Assembly: GCA_965242695.1 (NCBI GenBank)
Contig: CBDESU010000001.1
Span: forward strand, 448,001 to 512,000
Source of the DNA: Cenarchaeum sp.
Lineage (GTDB): Archaea > Thermoproteota > Nitrososphaeria > Nitrososphaerales > Nitrosopumilaceae
Direction: 5' to 3'
DNA length: 64,000 nt
The translations under genes and the position numbers were made by a program. The notes under the pieces are model-generated. The model was not told the origin of the DNA. It did no database searches and worked only from the letters and a program-made list of their open reading frames with translations. Shown here piece after piece: positions 31,701 to 37,856 of the stretch. Each line of letters starts with the position of its first letter. Position 1 is the stretch's first letter.

Positions 31701-32450
31701 GCCGATCCGGATCAGGGTTCCGATCGGCCCGCGCCGGCCGCGCAGGAGGCGCCCGGCGATGACGCTGCCGCGCCCGATCCGGCGCCGAGCGGCCGCGGCG
31801 CCGAGGGCGTCCCTGCAGCCGCACCGGGGGACGAGTCGCCGGGGCGGCAGGGACTGCAGCAGCAGGGCGAGCAGGCGCCTCGGCAGCCGGGGCAGGGGGC
31901 GCAGGCCGGGGAGCCGGACGGTTCGGCGCCTCGGCAGGATGCCCCCGGTTCGGGGCAGGGGGCGCAGGCCGGGGAGCCGGACGGTTCGGCGCCTCGGCAG
32001 GATGCCCCCGGTTCGGGGCAGGGGGCGGCGGGGCCGGATGGCGGCGGCTGCCTTGTCGCAACGGCGGCGTACGGAACCGAGATGGCGCCGCAGGTGCAGA
32101 TGCTCCGCGAGGTGCGCGACGCCGCAGTCGTGCAGACCGGCGCCGGCGCGGCGCTCTTGTCCACGTTCCATGCGGCATACTATGCGGTCTCGCCGCAGGT
32201 TGCCGACCTGGAGCGGGCGCATCCGGCGCTCAGGGATGCGGTCCGCGCCCTGATCGCGCCCGTGATCTACTCTGCGCAAGCCCTGCAGCCTGTCGAGACG
32301 GCCCAAGAGGGCGGCGCGCTAGCGTACGGCGCGGCGGCAATCGCCATGGCGGCCGCGCTATACGCTGCGGCGCCGGCCGGACTCGCCGCCTCGGCCGCCC
32401 GCGCCGGCCGCACTGCGCGCCGCCGCGCCGGAGGACGCCGCCCGCGGTGA
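16746..32450 (+). CDS. Giant surface protein 2 (about 5,200 aa), paralogue of protein 1 with the same architecture
   Basis: Signal-like MALVLAAVAVAAVAVAVAVP...ILPEAEA, about 29 DLSGN-type repeats, YHLSAFG at 29733-29753, GYYYPxxGWQPTAMAA propeller motif, RSVSWDC domain, GGGCLVATAAYGTEMAPQVQMLREVRD, TM helix and Arg-rich tail. Start uncertain (16746-16812). Confidence 0.9.
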   Translation: MRLHAGCIERRRTAGLPASAPAMALVLAAVAVAAVAVAVAVPALSPDAVHVAGGDDAAAAAAAVAGAAAAAAQAILLGATGADILPEAEAQRSRITWIGLYQDYGPRIKIVFSCWPVPSTYNSDYRLVIDGERRNLHSFLYAGRAVLFRITGDTDTSSTGTLDMRASTRSSLGCWHPAHSGITVPDRSSPQLLGVNYDRENSRITFVTGEALRQGSPPPSSIAIKWMDVPAPSGRQHCAAAPGGQVCTNSLYASWSAQRLLSHCGAGGGDPICGNAASLGGATLSKRSAAVYDMSLTAAQVSALDGHLARGHSLVATGAGGAADAAGNRLRPSLMFVTPVPDSSPPEVRSASLDMDGALLTLRFSELVNPSATRPASIALVLPGAGAGGPASASLEGSVVPGGPVPGSNGSVVTIRLAPEPMAAAAAAERIGGALAVNFTAGAFRDVSGRGADASEPGGIALSVILDTKRPAWRVAPHLDLDAGTMTFVFDEYIDASASRPGRITLGGANGSGAFDLGAAALPDGDGQTVALTLAGWHRTRAQAILNEEPPLRAVIARPFSDLSGNLNREWTVSPTVVPDTTAPVVYNATLDQGAGRLILAASEPLDASRVDLGSIYIGGNADGLPANQTSSGSLVHAYGALGAVQHGRMSLAGASPPASDGNALSMGLTAAQRAAFLGEYEFYGGLVANLTAPLYDTAGIATEQARIANDSVIVLEDAAGPAPDPDLPASVNLATGTMAVHLDEYAIVDETAPRKVRIVGADDGAPIAAASSVSDGPNDAAPVVALGNHTGRYNVTASARIVLDVDPGGLAALAEAHSNGTAAVLVLEEGAFADLHGIRSAAATFRSGPTIADLIAWFSGPSAAEPFPYDSSPRIRFADDASPPGLVPGEAPVLDLERGTLSMRFNETIHMQWIDLGAVRLRSAQWDGALSLAGASLPDGDSDTVVIALSESHMAELAGRGPAALGTLVLDVGSHAISDLAHHDFAGLAGSPISVVRDTAGPRILDAALDLGTGVMSVRFDEAVDAAGLNASALTVRAGAGSGANSTAGAGVPLAGAAVAPAPQGRAAGADGLVELAIPHRLLDAVVSSVGPGLPDAAPGAAPDLWQGLLTLYFYGAVLNAAPGLVQDLWGNEFGGAAGWPLRIVPDAVPPKLDDARAGTAHPAVLNLEAGTISLRFDESVSVALADASLMRVAHRNGSAVAELAGAAVGASTAGESVGPAAQRPSAPRLDDLLVIRLTGAQDAALAAAVAASAPALDIVLAAGAVSDASGNANTATAHNLSVAEDKTPPTLAPGGPRPSLDIERGRLSVWFSEAVDGPSADAGGLRVTAAAGAHPTGLLGARLQASAGGELAALLTEAQRASAARALRAAEAGGPPADGPQGARLFLDIEGTAVEDLAHHRFAGASGLPLDVAPDRSPPAVSSAVLDLGRGAGTLTLRAAAGEHLDGNATNPSLLALRGSAHGGACHTALGGAPGLHATSGSTITVRLTAEQKAAIDAGCGRDGPSLVNVSAGAFADASGNPVRAGAAANLSVAPDRSGPALAADPELDLGAGTLLLEFTERIGAGSADASALTLEVGSAGTPARIPLEGAAAAAPPPPSHPALSSRGPQEDHAALVALSLTPAQKSAAVLAGAGAPAPVRADMSAGLAGDILGNRFAGESGRAVSTVADAAPPAIANASLDIGAGSLVLYADEHADGASIDPSGVRIAGPPGVGLSGAHPSASHSSARPAVVLNLTEAQRASAAAAHNGTTEGLAVDVDAAAFADLSGNPVQARSGIALAVAADADPPALAADPVLNLSDETLTLWFDEWVDASRTDTSGIRAHGAQQAGAPAGGPGTASLANATLRAASDGARVTLALTDAIETAVLAANLTHGPLRITFPDGAFRDMSGNALENAANLTLAITSDGDAPLPCGAHNASDPGMCGTGGAPAGQVLDLDAGMLLLRFDEPVDSSRIDLAGLAVGGAGGLNRTSLGGAAVVAPDADTAHPSVALTRMQLAAASSAHRAASQGPQQDDGASLLLDIAEGAVINAAGIPIRGVEGLALGVRDDTTGPAPDAVRAASLDMGIGELAVPLDEWADPAQVNASAIALRAGGQSTAVRLGGPGAPPAQALGDVVAVRLSPEQKTAAAAALEAARQPGAPLGPMAADLDAGAFADLSGNPSGRASALPVNVTADALPPGLAAPPALDLSSGALVLRFDEQVWAAPGADPSGLAISDSAGDHATLLSGAALPSDPDVAVVLALSQAQKASVVGALAAIAPASDLYLSIPAGFFVDSGRLGSAAVQRVPVAVALDAAPPELSAPAGQPHALDLSAGTLALRFDEHVDAARTDAAGLSLVGAAGAGRVPLAGAAVSAANGASAGGLLVSLTPDQKARAVAVGAAGLDASGSSVFDLSGNPMRAVRSIPLGVSADTAPPDPDEAGIVLDLSAGTLEVRFDEYVDASRMNASLIRILDGLGVEHASLAGASAAPSAGDGTVAVVSMTAHQEASAVEATRAAEGRPALASIAAGAFYDLSGNPSPAVRAAQIVLAADGDPPRLADGIAPEVDLGSGILTVRFSEYVDLGTANLSGAAVRPALGGDAPAAPAVPLAGLSAGGGGGYARDMAVALAPSGKAAAVAAYAASGGLLLDMRPGAVEDLAMHGSAAVDGARMAVAPDSTAPGLLPENATLDMGRGVLRIHLDEYVDAAAADASALALVILPAGGGGGGGGGGGGGGGGAEEAGRLPLAGARAVASPNASDSGASAGIGATDAPAILLTAAQKAWAHRVPEGRLGLEAAPGAFADLSGNQLSDAGARLGVDRAPDGIPPALDPSSRPVLNLATGRLAVALDEFVDARAVDMSAIAILGGNGSGRQPAADAVVVASLEGAALVEGAAQGAPGIGGMPRVQLQLTAGQAAAAEEFRLSGAAGGALSIGLRAGAFADLAGNPSRAVAAAPALVLDDDAAPLLAAAPLLDLDGAGATLSILFNEAVDAPAIDLAGIAIAAPGRAPAAGAAPGLSGAALPAAPAPNVSISLTPAQKLRVLGDLFDPDGPGSLELGISPAAVSDLAGNAFAGVNGSYLPVRPDTTPPRLAAPPVLDLGAGTVRIELDEAVLVPAGADPAAGMLLGLPASGPAAALVGMGGSEMSLSPGRDAILVSLTAAQKASAVAAAARQAAAPHSLIIPNGTITDVSGNQLAGLGPGGAAALEVAADHAPPAIARAPVLDLGAGTLAFSFSEHVNVSSADPSRIAVDGNPAAGNDHVRLGGSGVLAGGGPGGAAGSADVSLALSPDHKGRILDGPGGVDAAAHAHADIGAGAFDDLSGNHLPRIDDLGLSVVPDRTPPALAAAPAIDLGRGMVGLEFDEWVDPARASLRAVSLAVHAAGGGAGNGSDAAGRERSMDVSGAELVQDRRGAGASGGHLAEIRLTADQKAWASAAYADASAARGLEVGVRLGAGAFRDLAGNPLAGADAPARADVSPDLVPPALDPSRPPVLNLATSTLAIYLTEHAGAQGIDASALVLRGPPGGGGGDQGGVTLAGASQDAGYDPSRPRLTLTGEQARGAAAAAGASNSTAGRGSLLLDAAAGAVEDLAGNPSEAARGLPVALVDDGTPPEVQPPAVLDLGAGVLTVRFSEALDPRIGLQGISIARQDGGDGSRPAGEDMSGAELRADAPADTVAVLLSPAQKAWAVEAAAAGPVALAVARGAVEDLAGNPVGDEPGVPVAVEDDRVPPGLLAGARPVVDLNDGTILFRFDEYIDAATADPSRIVLRLSGPAAAALDPSAPGGGETSVRLGGPAAAPPEPAAGDGASLSVPLTPAQKAWAVGTEAAAPGHILVDIAAGMVADLSGNRLPAAGGLEDVVVADAEPPHLGEPGPVLDINRGALTLVFDEHMDVSASDALGISASRAAGGAPIYLGGSINGTGDSETIVVAIGAEHLGDLEAAASGGGGLLLDVAPRSLFDLSGNPFGGLAASPVSTLRPAEVESAAVTGPSEIAVRYTESLAAPAGMYSNVELHPGGPRGIAGVDGSGGALHTIRLDGEAAASHAAATLDIAAVPAAAGDSGHRFAGAQGVRAADGQEPRAARAVAFSGSAVLVTFSEAVRGADASGLSLEGAAGGDPLRPLSAGGTGASRLYDFAGAPLAEYAGGMDAVLAAGSYGDAAGNQGAAARIGVRPAPDGFESPAGAPVPIRQDMAATSISGDAPSIDVSHIADAPFPDRAVVVSSNASNATVTFPPGVAITGGLPPDGVISVLPAARAVEDRSGIGAGRIVALVEVGPAAGTIAFDAPIRIALAGAAGAEAFWIGEDGAARLIAAQCAADSHEAAAAQLRGAGECAMDSGPDKVVYTYHLSAFGAVERPAAAAAGGDGDGGAGGGAGGGAGGADRGAGAGTGVGGAPLPAPTGPCASDVDLCRISSVSGFGQAGAALGPVAAAPASHGGLVYIAEASGPAGPDGGASASAATSILAYDPAGPSPSPPAARYEVGGTVSAMMFDAREGRLVAASHGGDEGGGPAGAPARLHVIAADLSEGADTPLAYRDRLGRNAPAGAVPAHLAAGPAGIVLVGMNAEGAAHDGYMEDGPILSVDYRAGEVLPMYGPGEIPSPSGYYYPLQGWQPTAMAASSDGMAAYMAGAVWLPGNDLHTRPNAYGLQAVSFDGADGRFTPRYTLLDGGRLDLSILPDPDGGEGGARAGTAAAGMALYEAASRLYVLFENGTLAAYGTAPLELLHVVDRLGAGSEPAGLAIDPAAGLLYAATGSGLAMYSVPGDRLLDYRDLDGMPAGVAVAPSDPAATATGGGAGGAVAYVPTAAPDSQPLAARPAPAGGAQPPPAPPTPPAPQPPVVVVATPPAPAQSPFGPGSGGGGGGGGGGGGGGGGGGAWPSVSIRSVSWDCSSAVLEAVLSHAAGASVDVHVSSSEGSVRAHRAAAQGAGDAAGLVAYEAPLPADAVVSIRALAADGRLVGSDTRTVRTGGQCEGTVEFLPAGDAAPAAAPAGSGGGSADAAYGADPDQGSDRPAPAAQEAPGDDAAAPDPAPSGRGAEGVPAAAPGDESPGRQGLQQQGEQAPRQPGQGAQAGEPDGSAPRQDAPGSGQGAQAGEPDGSAPRQDAPGSGQGAAGPDGGGCLVATAAYGTEMAPQVQMLREVRDAAVVQTGAGAALLSTFHAAYYAVSPQVADLERAHPALRDAVRALIAPVIYSAQALQPVETAQEGGALAYGAAAIAMAAALYAAAPAGLAASAARAGRTARRRAGGRRPR
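31888..32027 (+). repeat. 63-bp tandem repeat (about 2.2 copies) encoding GQGAQAGEPDGSAPRQDAPGS linker
   Basis: Identical units begin at 31888, 31951 and (partial) 32014. Confidence 0.85.
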
Positions 32451-32998
32451 GCCGCCGCTTCGGCATGGACAATCCTCGGCTGCAAGGTGGGAGGACAGGG
32501 GCCCAGGATCTTGACAAGCGGGCGGGTGGGAATCTGCCCGGCCGGACATGCAAGGCCGCCGGCGCGGATTGTGCCGGGCTCGGACGGCGGCAGGATCGCG
32601 CAGGGGCGGCGCGCCCCCTCTATCGGGCACCGCGCCGATCTGGCGGGCTGGCAGCTGAACTCGGCGGCCCTGTTCCCCCGTGACCGAGCAGGCGGCTGCC
32701 CGGGCAGAGCGGAACACTCCCTCCAGCCCCCGGGCCGTCCCGAAGATCGGCAAACCCTGCCGCAGGCACGTCCCCGAGCGCACCCTTGCCGCCGGCGGCG
32801 GCGCCGACCCCGGGATGCGTCCTGAACCCGCGCGGCATGCCGCGATCCGACGGCTCCCTTGCGCCGCCCGGATCGCCCCTCGCGATCGGCTTTGAATCGA
32901 ATGCGGCGACCTTCACGGCGGCGCAGGCGGAAGTGCATTGCGGCCGCCCTGCCGTCGCACGCGCAAGGCTTGAATTGCCCCGCGCGGCGGCCGCGCCC

Positions 32999-33751
32999 GT
33001 GCAGGCCGTCATACTGGCCGGCGGCAGGGGCCGCCGGCTGCGCCCGATAACGGACTATGTGCCAAAGCCGCTCGTTCCTGTCGCCAACGTGCCCATACTG
33101 GGGTGGCAGATGCGCTACCTCGAGTCGCACGGTGTCTCGTCGGCCGTGCTGTGCACGGGGTACAGGGCCGGCCAGATACGCGACTACCTGTCGACGAGGG
33201 GCGGGAGGGGGCGCATCCGGGTCTCCGTCTCGGAGGAGCGCGAGCCGCTCGGCACCGGCGGCGCCGTCAAAAACGCGCTAGGCTCCGTCAGGGGCCGGTC
33301 GTTCATCGTCCTCAACGGCGACGTCATCACGGACATCGACGCCGGCCGCCTGCGGGCCGCCTCGGCCGCCGCCCGCAGGGCGGGCGGCGTCGCGATCGCG
33401 GCCATACCCCTCCGCACGCAGTTTGGCATCATGCAGGTCGGCGAGGCCGGGGGCAGGGGCGCCGCCGCCGCCGCCGCCCGCCCGGTCACCGGGTTCCTTG
33501 AAAAGGCCCCGCTGCGCGACAAGCTCATGAACGCCGGCGTGTACCACATGGCAAGGGATGCGGCCGCCGACCTGCCGGCCCGCGGCGACATGGAGCGGAC
33601 GCTGTTCCCCAAGTACGCCGCCGCCGGGCGCCTCTCGTGCGTCGTGTTCGAGGATGCGCGGTGGTACTCGATAGACTCGTTCAAGGACATGGAGGAGTGC
33701 GCCGAGCATGCCGCCTCGATCATCGGGCGGGGGGCGCCGCGGCGCGGCTAG
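32999..33751 (+). CDS. Sugar-phosphate nucleotidyltransferase (mannose-1-phosphate guanylyltransferase-like)
   Basis: VQAVILAGGRGRRLRPITDYVPKPLVPV, EPLGTGGAV, VLNGDVITD, NAGVY motifs; GTG start at 32999. Confidence 0.92.
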   Translation: MQAVILAGGRGRRLRPITDYVPKPLVPVANVPILGWQMRYLESHGVSSAVLCTGYRAGQIRDYLSTRGGRGRIRVSVSEEREPLGTGGAVKNALGSVRGRSFIVLNGDVITDIDAGRLRAASAAARRAGGVAIAAIPLRTQFGIMQVGEAGGRGAAAAAARPVTGFLEKAPLRDKLMNAGVYHMARDAAADLPARGDMERTLFPKYAAAGRLSCVVFEDARWYSIDSFKDMEECAEHAASIIGRGAPRRG

Positions 33752-33930
33752 GCGCCGCAGCGGTGTAGAGCGACAAGCATGTACGCCAGCTCCCTTACAA
33801 ACGGCCCGTCGCCGGACCGCCCCGCGTACCGCTTGGCATCGTCCCAGAACTGCGGCGGCCACTGGGCGGCGCGCCGCTCCGCGGACGCCGCATCCTGCGC
33901 GCCTTCGAGCGCCTGTACTGTGGTGATCAT
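33748..33930 (-). CDS. Small hypothetical protein or gene remnant (60 aa)
   Basis: Protein-like composition (WPPQFWDDAKRY...FVRELAYML); stop overlaps the convergent upstream gene; in-frame TAG two codons upstream of the ATG. Confidence 0.3.
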   Translation of the reverse strand: MITTVQALEGAQDAASAERRAAQWPPQFWDDAKRYAGRSGDGPFVRELAYMLVALHRCGA

Positions 33931-34243
33931 GCCCTACTGCGGCCGGAGTATGAGATACCTGCCCCGCTCAAAATAGTTTCACCTGCGGTCGACCGGATCT
34001 GACAGGGCGGGCGCCGGAAGGGGGGCGCCGGCCTCGGCCCTGTCGATGCCGTCTCTCAGAGGCCCCCGTCGCGCTGCGCGGGGCGTGGACCGCGCCATCA
34101 AAGGCGTTCGGGCGCCGGCGCCTGCCTGGTGTGCCGGCTCGGCCGCATGGCGAGGCGGCGCGCGGCTGCGTGGCGGGGGCACGGCGCGGGAACGGCGCCG
34201 ACGGGCGGGTACAGATTTACGAGTGGCTGAATGCGGGCCGGCC

Positions 34244-34834
34244 ATGGCACTTGTTGTGGCGTTGCCCGAGGGGGCCATCCGCCGGTCCCGCTTGACGCGG
34301 ATGCAGCGCCTCAACATGATAGGCATGAAGGCAAGGCCTGAAAAGCTGCCACCCCTGGCCCGCTTCATAAGGTACTTGGCGGCAGGGGGCCTTGTCGAGT
34401 TCGGCCCGCCGCTTGCGGCCGGCGAGGGGGGCATGGCCGTCGTCGACCGCATACAGCAGCACTCCTTCATGGCCATGTACTATGGATTGGACATGGGTTT
34501 TGACTTTGACATGTGCAGCCACGGCGGGCCTGCATCGCACGAGATCGCAGATGCGGTGTACCGGCTGTCCTGCGAGGACAGCGATATATACGCCGCAGCC
34601 GCCCCTCTCCTGCCGGACTCGTTCAGGGCCGACGACTTCATGGACATGGTGGCAGGCAGAAGCGTGGCCTGGCTGGACGCGGCGACTACGATGCTAGACA
34701 CGAACATCATCTACCGGGACGACTTGGATGAGATAAGAAGCACGGCACTGCACGTGACGCAGTGCGACCCTGCCGTAGCCAACGATGCGTTCGACGCGCT
34801 TAAAAAACAAGGGATGTTTTTGGTGGTCGGATAG
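34244..34834 (+). CDS. YwgA/DUF4065 (Panacea)-like protein, putative antitoxin, copy 1
   Basis: Paralogue of 54975..55562. RIQQHSFMAMYYGLDMGFDF...GPASHEIAD loosely matches the KlQKlvYl..G...F...GPyS pattern. TATA-like gatttacg about 28 nt upstream. Family call is tentative. Confidence 0.65.
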   Translation: MALVVALPEGAIRRSRLTRMQRLNMIGMKARPEKLPPLARFIRYLAAGGLVEFGPPLAAGEGGMAVVDRIQQHSFMAMYYGLDMGFDFDMCSHGGPASHEIADAVYRLSCEDSDIYAAAAPLLPDSFRADDFMDMVAGRSVAWLDAATTMLDTNIIYRDDLDEIRSTALHVTQCDPAVANDAFDALKKQGMFLVVG

Positions 34835-35292
34835 CGGCGAGCATTGCATTGCGCCGCCCGCGATCCCTTGGATGTGCATAGTACGCAATAATGGCAGGAT
34901 TGTTAGCCATCATGCTATCGCCCGTTGTGAGAAACGGCGAGTCGGGATCGGCAAGGGCGTGCGCGAGCATGATCCTGTCTGTCATATCCAGATTGGAAAC
35001 CGCTCGGATCAGATCGATCAAGATGGCAAGGACGGCCTCGTCAAGAGGCGGCATGCACTTGGCCGGATCCGCCCTGCAATCTTCAAGCAATCCCAGCAGC
35101 GCGCGCAGCATTCTAGCTGCCCCGGGCCCACGCCTCAGTATGACGCCACTGGCCTCTCCGAGCGCGGTCTGGGATGCGACCAGTATGCAGGAACCTGGGC
35201 CGCTTTCCCGCAGCATGCGCCCGACGCGGTCTGTACCTGCCTCCGAGCAGCACCGCCATGAATGCACATGTGTCTAGATGCACGCGCCACAA
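34800..35292 (-). pseudogene. PIN-domain (VapC-like) nuclease, copy 1, frameshifted
   Basis: LWRVHLDT... lies in one frame (ORF 35113..35310) and DRVGRMLRESG...ALGE...MTDRIMLAHALAD...LTTGD in another (ORF 34800..35267). Alignment to copy 2 implies a 2-nt deletion near 35232. Confidence 0.75.
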
Positions 35293-35385
35293 TGCGGCGG
35301 CGGCGCACACGTGCCTTTGGCCTTGCCGATTCCTGATTCGGCATCTCTCTGGACCTTCGCCGACGCGACATGCCGGCGGGGAATT

Positions 35386-35397
35386 GGGGGGGGGGGG
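35386..35397. repeat. G12 homopolymer upstream of PIN copy 1
   Basis: Read directly. Confidence 0.8.
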
Positions 35398-35662
35398 AGG
35401 CGGGACGGCGCGATGCAGCGGCGGCGGGGGACGGGCGCTGCTGTGTGAGACAGGGGGCCGGCCGCGAGGCGGCCGGCGTAGGGTGCACTAGGAGCGCTGC
35501 GCGGGCGCCGCGCCTCGGGGCGGGCGCGCGGCGCGGCCGGGACGCCGGACGGTATGCGATCCTGCCGGCCGGCCCACCGTGCGCAGATGCGCGCCGGGCC
35601 GCCGGCCGGACCTTTCGGCATGCGGCGCGAAAGTTGAATAGGGCCGTCCACCGCCGCCCACC

Positions 35663-36676
35663 GTGCGGGTGTCGTACAGCCTCGGCTCGCTGCTGTCCGT
35701 GCGCGACGTCGCCGAGTGCGCCTCGGCCGTCGCCGCCGCCCCCTCGCAGCCGGACACGGTATGGGTGCCAGAGTCGTGGGGCGCCGAGAACTACTCGATG
35801 CTCGGCATGCTCTCGCAGCGGCTCGAGCGGCCGCGCATCGGCTCGTCCATAGTCAACGTGTACTCGCGCAGCCCCGCACTCGTCGCCATGGGCGCCCTCA
35901 CGGTCGACGCGCTGTCCGGCGGCCGCATGGTGATCGGGCTCGGCTCGAGCAGCCGGCCCATCGTCGAGCGGCTGCACGGCTACCCGTTCAGGGACCCGCT
36001 CGCGCGCGTGCGCGAGTACGTCGAGATCGTGCGGTCCATCACGTCGCCTGCCGGCGGGGCCGGCGCGGCGCCGAGCGTCGAGCACGACGGCGAATTGTTC
36101 CGACTCGGCGGGTTCTCGCTGCTCGCAAGGCCGGTGCGCGACTCGATACCGATCTACCTGGCCGCCGTCAACGCGCGCATGGTGGAGCTGGCGTGGGAGG
36201 TCGCCGACGGCGTCATCTTCTACCTGCGGCCGCCGTCCGAGATCCGCTCGACGGTCTCGGCGATGAGGGCCCGCGCGGGCGGGAAAAAGTTCGACGTGGC
36301 CTGCCAGATCGTCGTGGCCGTCTCGGACGACACGGAGGCGGCCCTAGAGCGCGCAAAGAAGACGCTCGCCTTCTACGTCTCGGTCGGCGATGCGTACAGG
36401 CGGTTCCTGGAGCGCAACGGGTACGCCTCGGAGGCGGCGGCCGTGAGGTCCGAGTACGAGCGCGGCGGGCTCGGGGCGGCCGCCGCGGCCCTGCCCGACC
36501 GCATGGCGTCCGACCTTGCCGTGCACGGGACGGCCGAGGACTGCCGGCGCGGGATCGAGCGGTTCGCCGCCGCCGGCGTCGACCAGCCCATAGTCCAGTT
36601 CAACCCCGTCGGCAGGTCCGTGCCCGAGTCGTTCCGCGCCGTCCTCGGGGCATTCTCCTCGGATACGGGTGCGTGA
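35663..36676 (+). CDS. LLM-class (luciferase-like, probably F420-dependent) oxidoreductase
   Basis: DTVWVPESWG, IGSSIVNVYSRSP, LSGGRMVIGLG, IPIYLAA...ADG motifs. Confidence 0.9.
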   Translation: MRVSYSLGSLLSVRDVAECASAVAAAPSQPDTVWVPESWGAENYSMLGMLSQRLERPRIGSSIVNVYSRSPALVAMGALTVDALSGGRMVIGLGSSSRPIVERLHGYPFRDPLARVREYVEIVRSITSPAGGAGAAPSVEHDGELFRLGGFSLLARPVRDSIPIYLAAVNARMVELAWEVADGVIFYLRPPSEIRSTVSAMRARAGGKKFDVACQIVVAVSDDTEAALERAKKTLAFYVSVGDAYRRFLERNGYASEAAAVRSEYERGGLGAAAAALPDRMASDLAVHGTAEDCRRGIERFAAAGVDQPIVQFNPVGRSVPESFRAVLGAFSSDTGA

Positions 36677-36677
36677 G

Positions 36678-37856
36678 ATGGGGCGCGGGGAGGCCGCGGC
36701 AGTTGCCGCGTACGGGGGCACAAGGTTTTCGCCGGGCGGCGCGCGCGCGGGGGACGGGGCCGGCGGGAGCGGGAGCGGGGGCGGCGGCCGCGCCGCGGCC
36801 GACCGCGTCTCGTCCGAGCTTGCCGCCGCCTCGCGCGCCCTCTTCTCGGGCTTTCCGGGCGCCGACCGCGATGCGGTCGACGCCGTCCTCGTCGCCACGG
36901 GCGACCACTCGCCGTACCTTGCGCCCATACTGTCCGAGATGATCGGCGTCTCGCCGCGCATATCCCACACGGTCGAGGCCATGTGCGGGTCGGGAACGGC
37001 CGCCGTCGTCTCGGCCATGGCGTACGTGCGGTCGGGGATGGCCGGGATGGTGCTCGTCGCCGGCGCCGACCTGGCCGGCGGGCCCGGCAGCGTCCTCGAG
37101 TGGGACGCCTCGCGCGGCGAGCTGTCGCGCCCCGTGTACTGGGCATCGCTGTTTACGGCCGCCTACAAGCGGCGGCACGGCGCGACCGCCGAGGGCCTGG
37201 CATGCGTGCCGGCAAAGGCGCACCTGTACGCGGCGGACAACCCGCTTGCGTACTCGCGCATGCGCCCGACCGCATCCGAGGCGGCCGCCTCGCGCCCCCT
37301 CACGTCCGACGTGCGGCTGCACGACTGCTGCCGGCCGTGCACGGGCGCCTCTGCCGTCCTGGTTGCATCGGAGGATGCGGCCGGCCGAATTACGGATGCG
37401 CCGGTGCGGCTCGCAGGCGCCGGCCAGAGCACGGGGCCGGCATCCTTTTCGGCCTCGGCCGACCTTGCCCGCCTCGAGACGGGGGCGGCCGCGGCGGCCG
37501 ATGCGCTCGCCGCCGCCGGGGCCGATCCCGCCGACATTGACGTCGCCGAGGTGCACGATGCGTTCAGCGTGTGCGAGCCGATGGCCATCGAGTGCGCGCG
37601 GCTGGCCGCCCCGGGAAAGGGGCTGGACATGTGCAGGAGCCTGCTCGAGACCGGCGACAGGCGAGTCAACCCGCGCGGCGGCCTCATCGGGTCGGGCCAT
37701 CCGCCGGCGGCGACGGGGGTCGCACAGGTCGCCGAGGTGGCCGCCCAGCTGCAGGGCAGGGCGGGGCGGAGGCAGGCCGACGGCGCCCGCACGGGGATGG
37801 TCCACAACATGTCGGCGGCCGGGACGTCCTCTGCCGTCCTGGTGATGCGCGCATGA
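36678..37856 (+). CDS. Thiolase family protein (acetyl-CoA acetyltransferase-like)
   Basis: VEAMCGSG, AEVHDAF, VNPRGGLIGSGHPPAATG motifs. Confidence 0.92.
   Translation: MGRGEAAAVAAYGGTRFSPGGARAGDGAGGSGSGGGGRAAADRVSSELAAASRALFSGFPGADRDAVDAVLVATGDHSPYLAPILSEMIGVSPRISHTVEAMCGSGTAAVVSAMAYVRSGMAGMVLVAGADLAGGPGSVLEWDASRGELSRPVYWASLFTAAYKRRHGATAEGLACVPAKAHLYAADNPLAYSRMRPTASEAAASRPLTSDVRLHDCCRPCTGASAVLVASEDAAGRITDAPVRLAGAGQSTGPASFSASADLARLETGAAAAADALAAAGADPADIDVAEVHDAFSVCEPMAIECARLAAPGKGLDMCRSLLETGDRRVNPRGGLIGSGHPPAATGVAQVAEVAAQLQGRAGRRQADGARTGMVHNMSAAGTSSAVLVMRA

Noticed and set aside
895-32450. Diversity-generating retroelement acting on the giant proteins
   Set aside because: No reverse transcriptase and no template/variable repeat pair differing at adenines was seen in this window.
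32451-32998. Short ORFs and N-terminal extension of the nucleotidyltransferase
   Set aside because: No motifs; homology begins at VQAVILAGG (32999).
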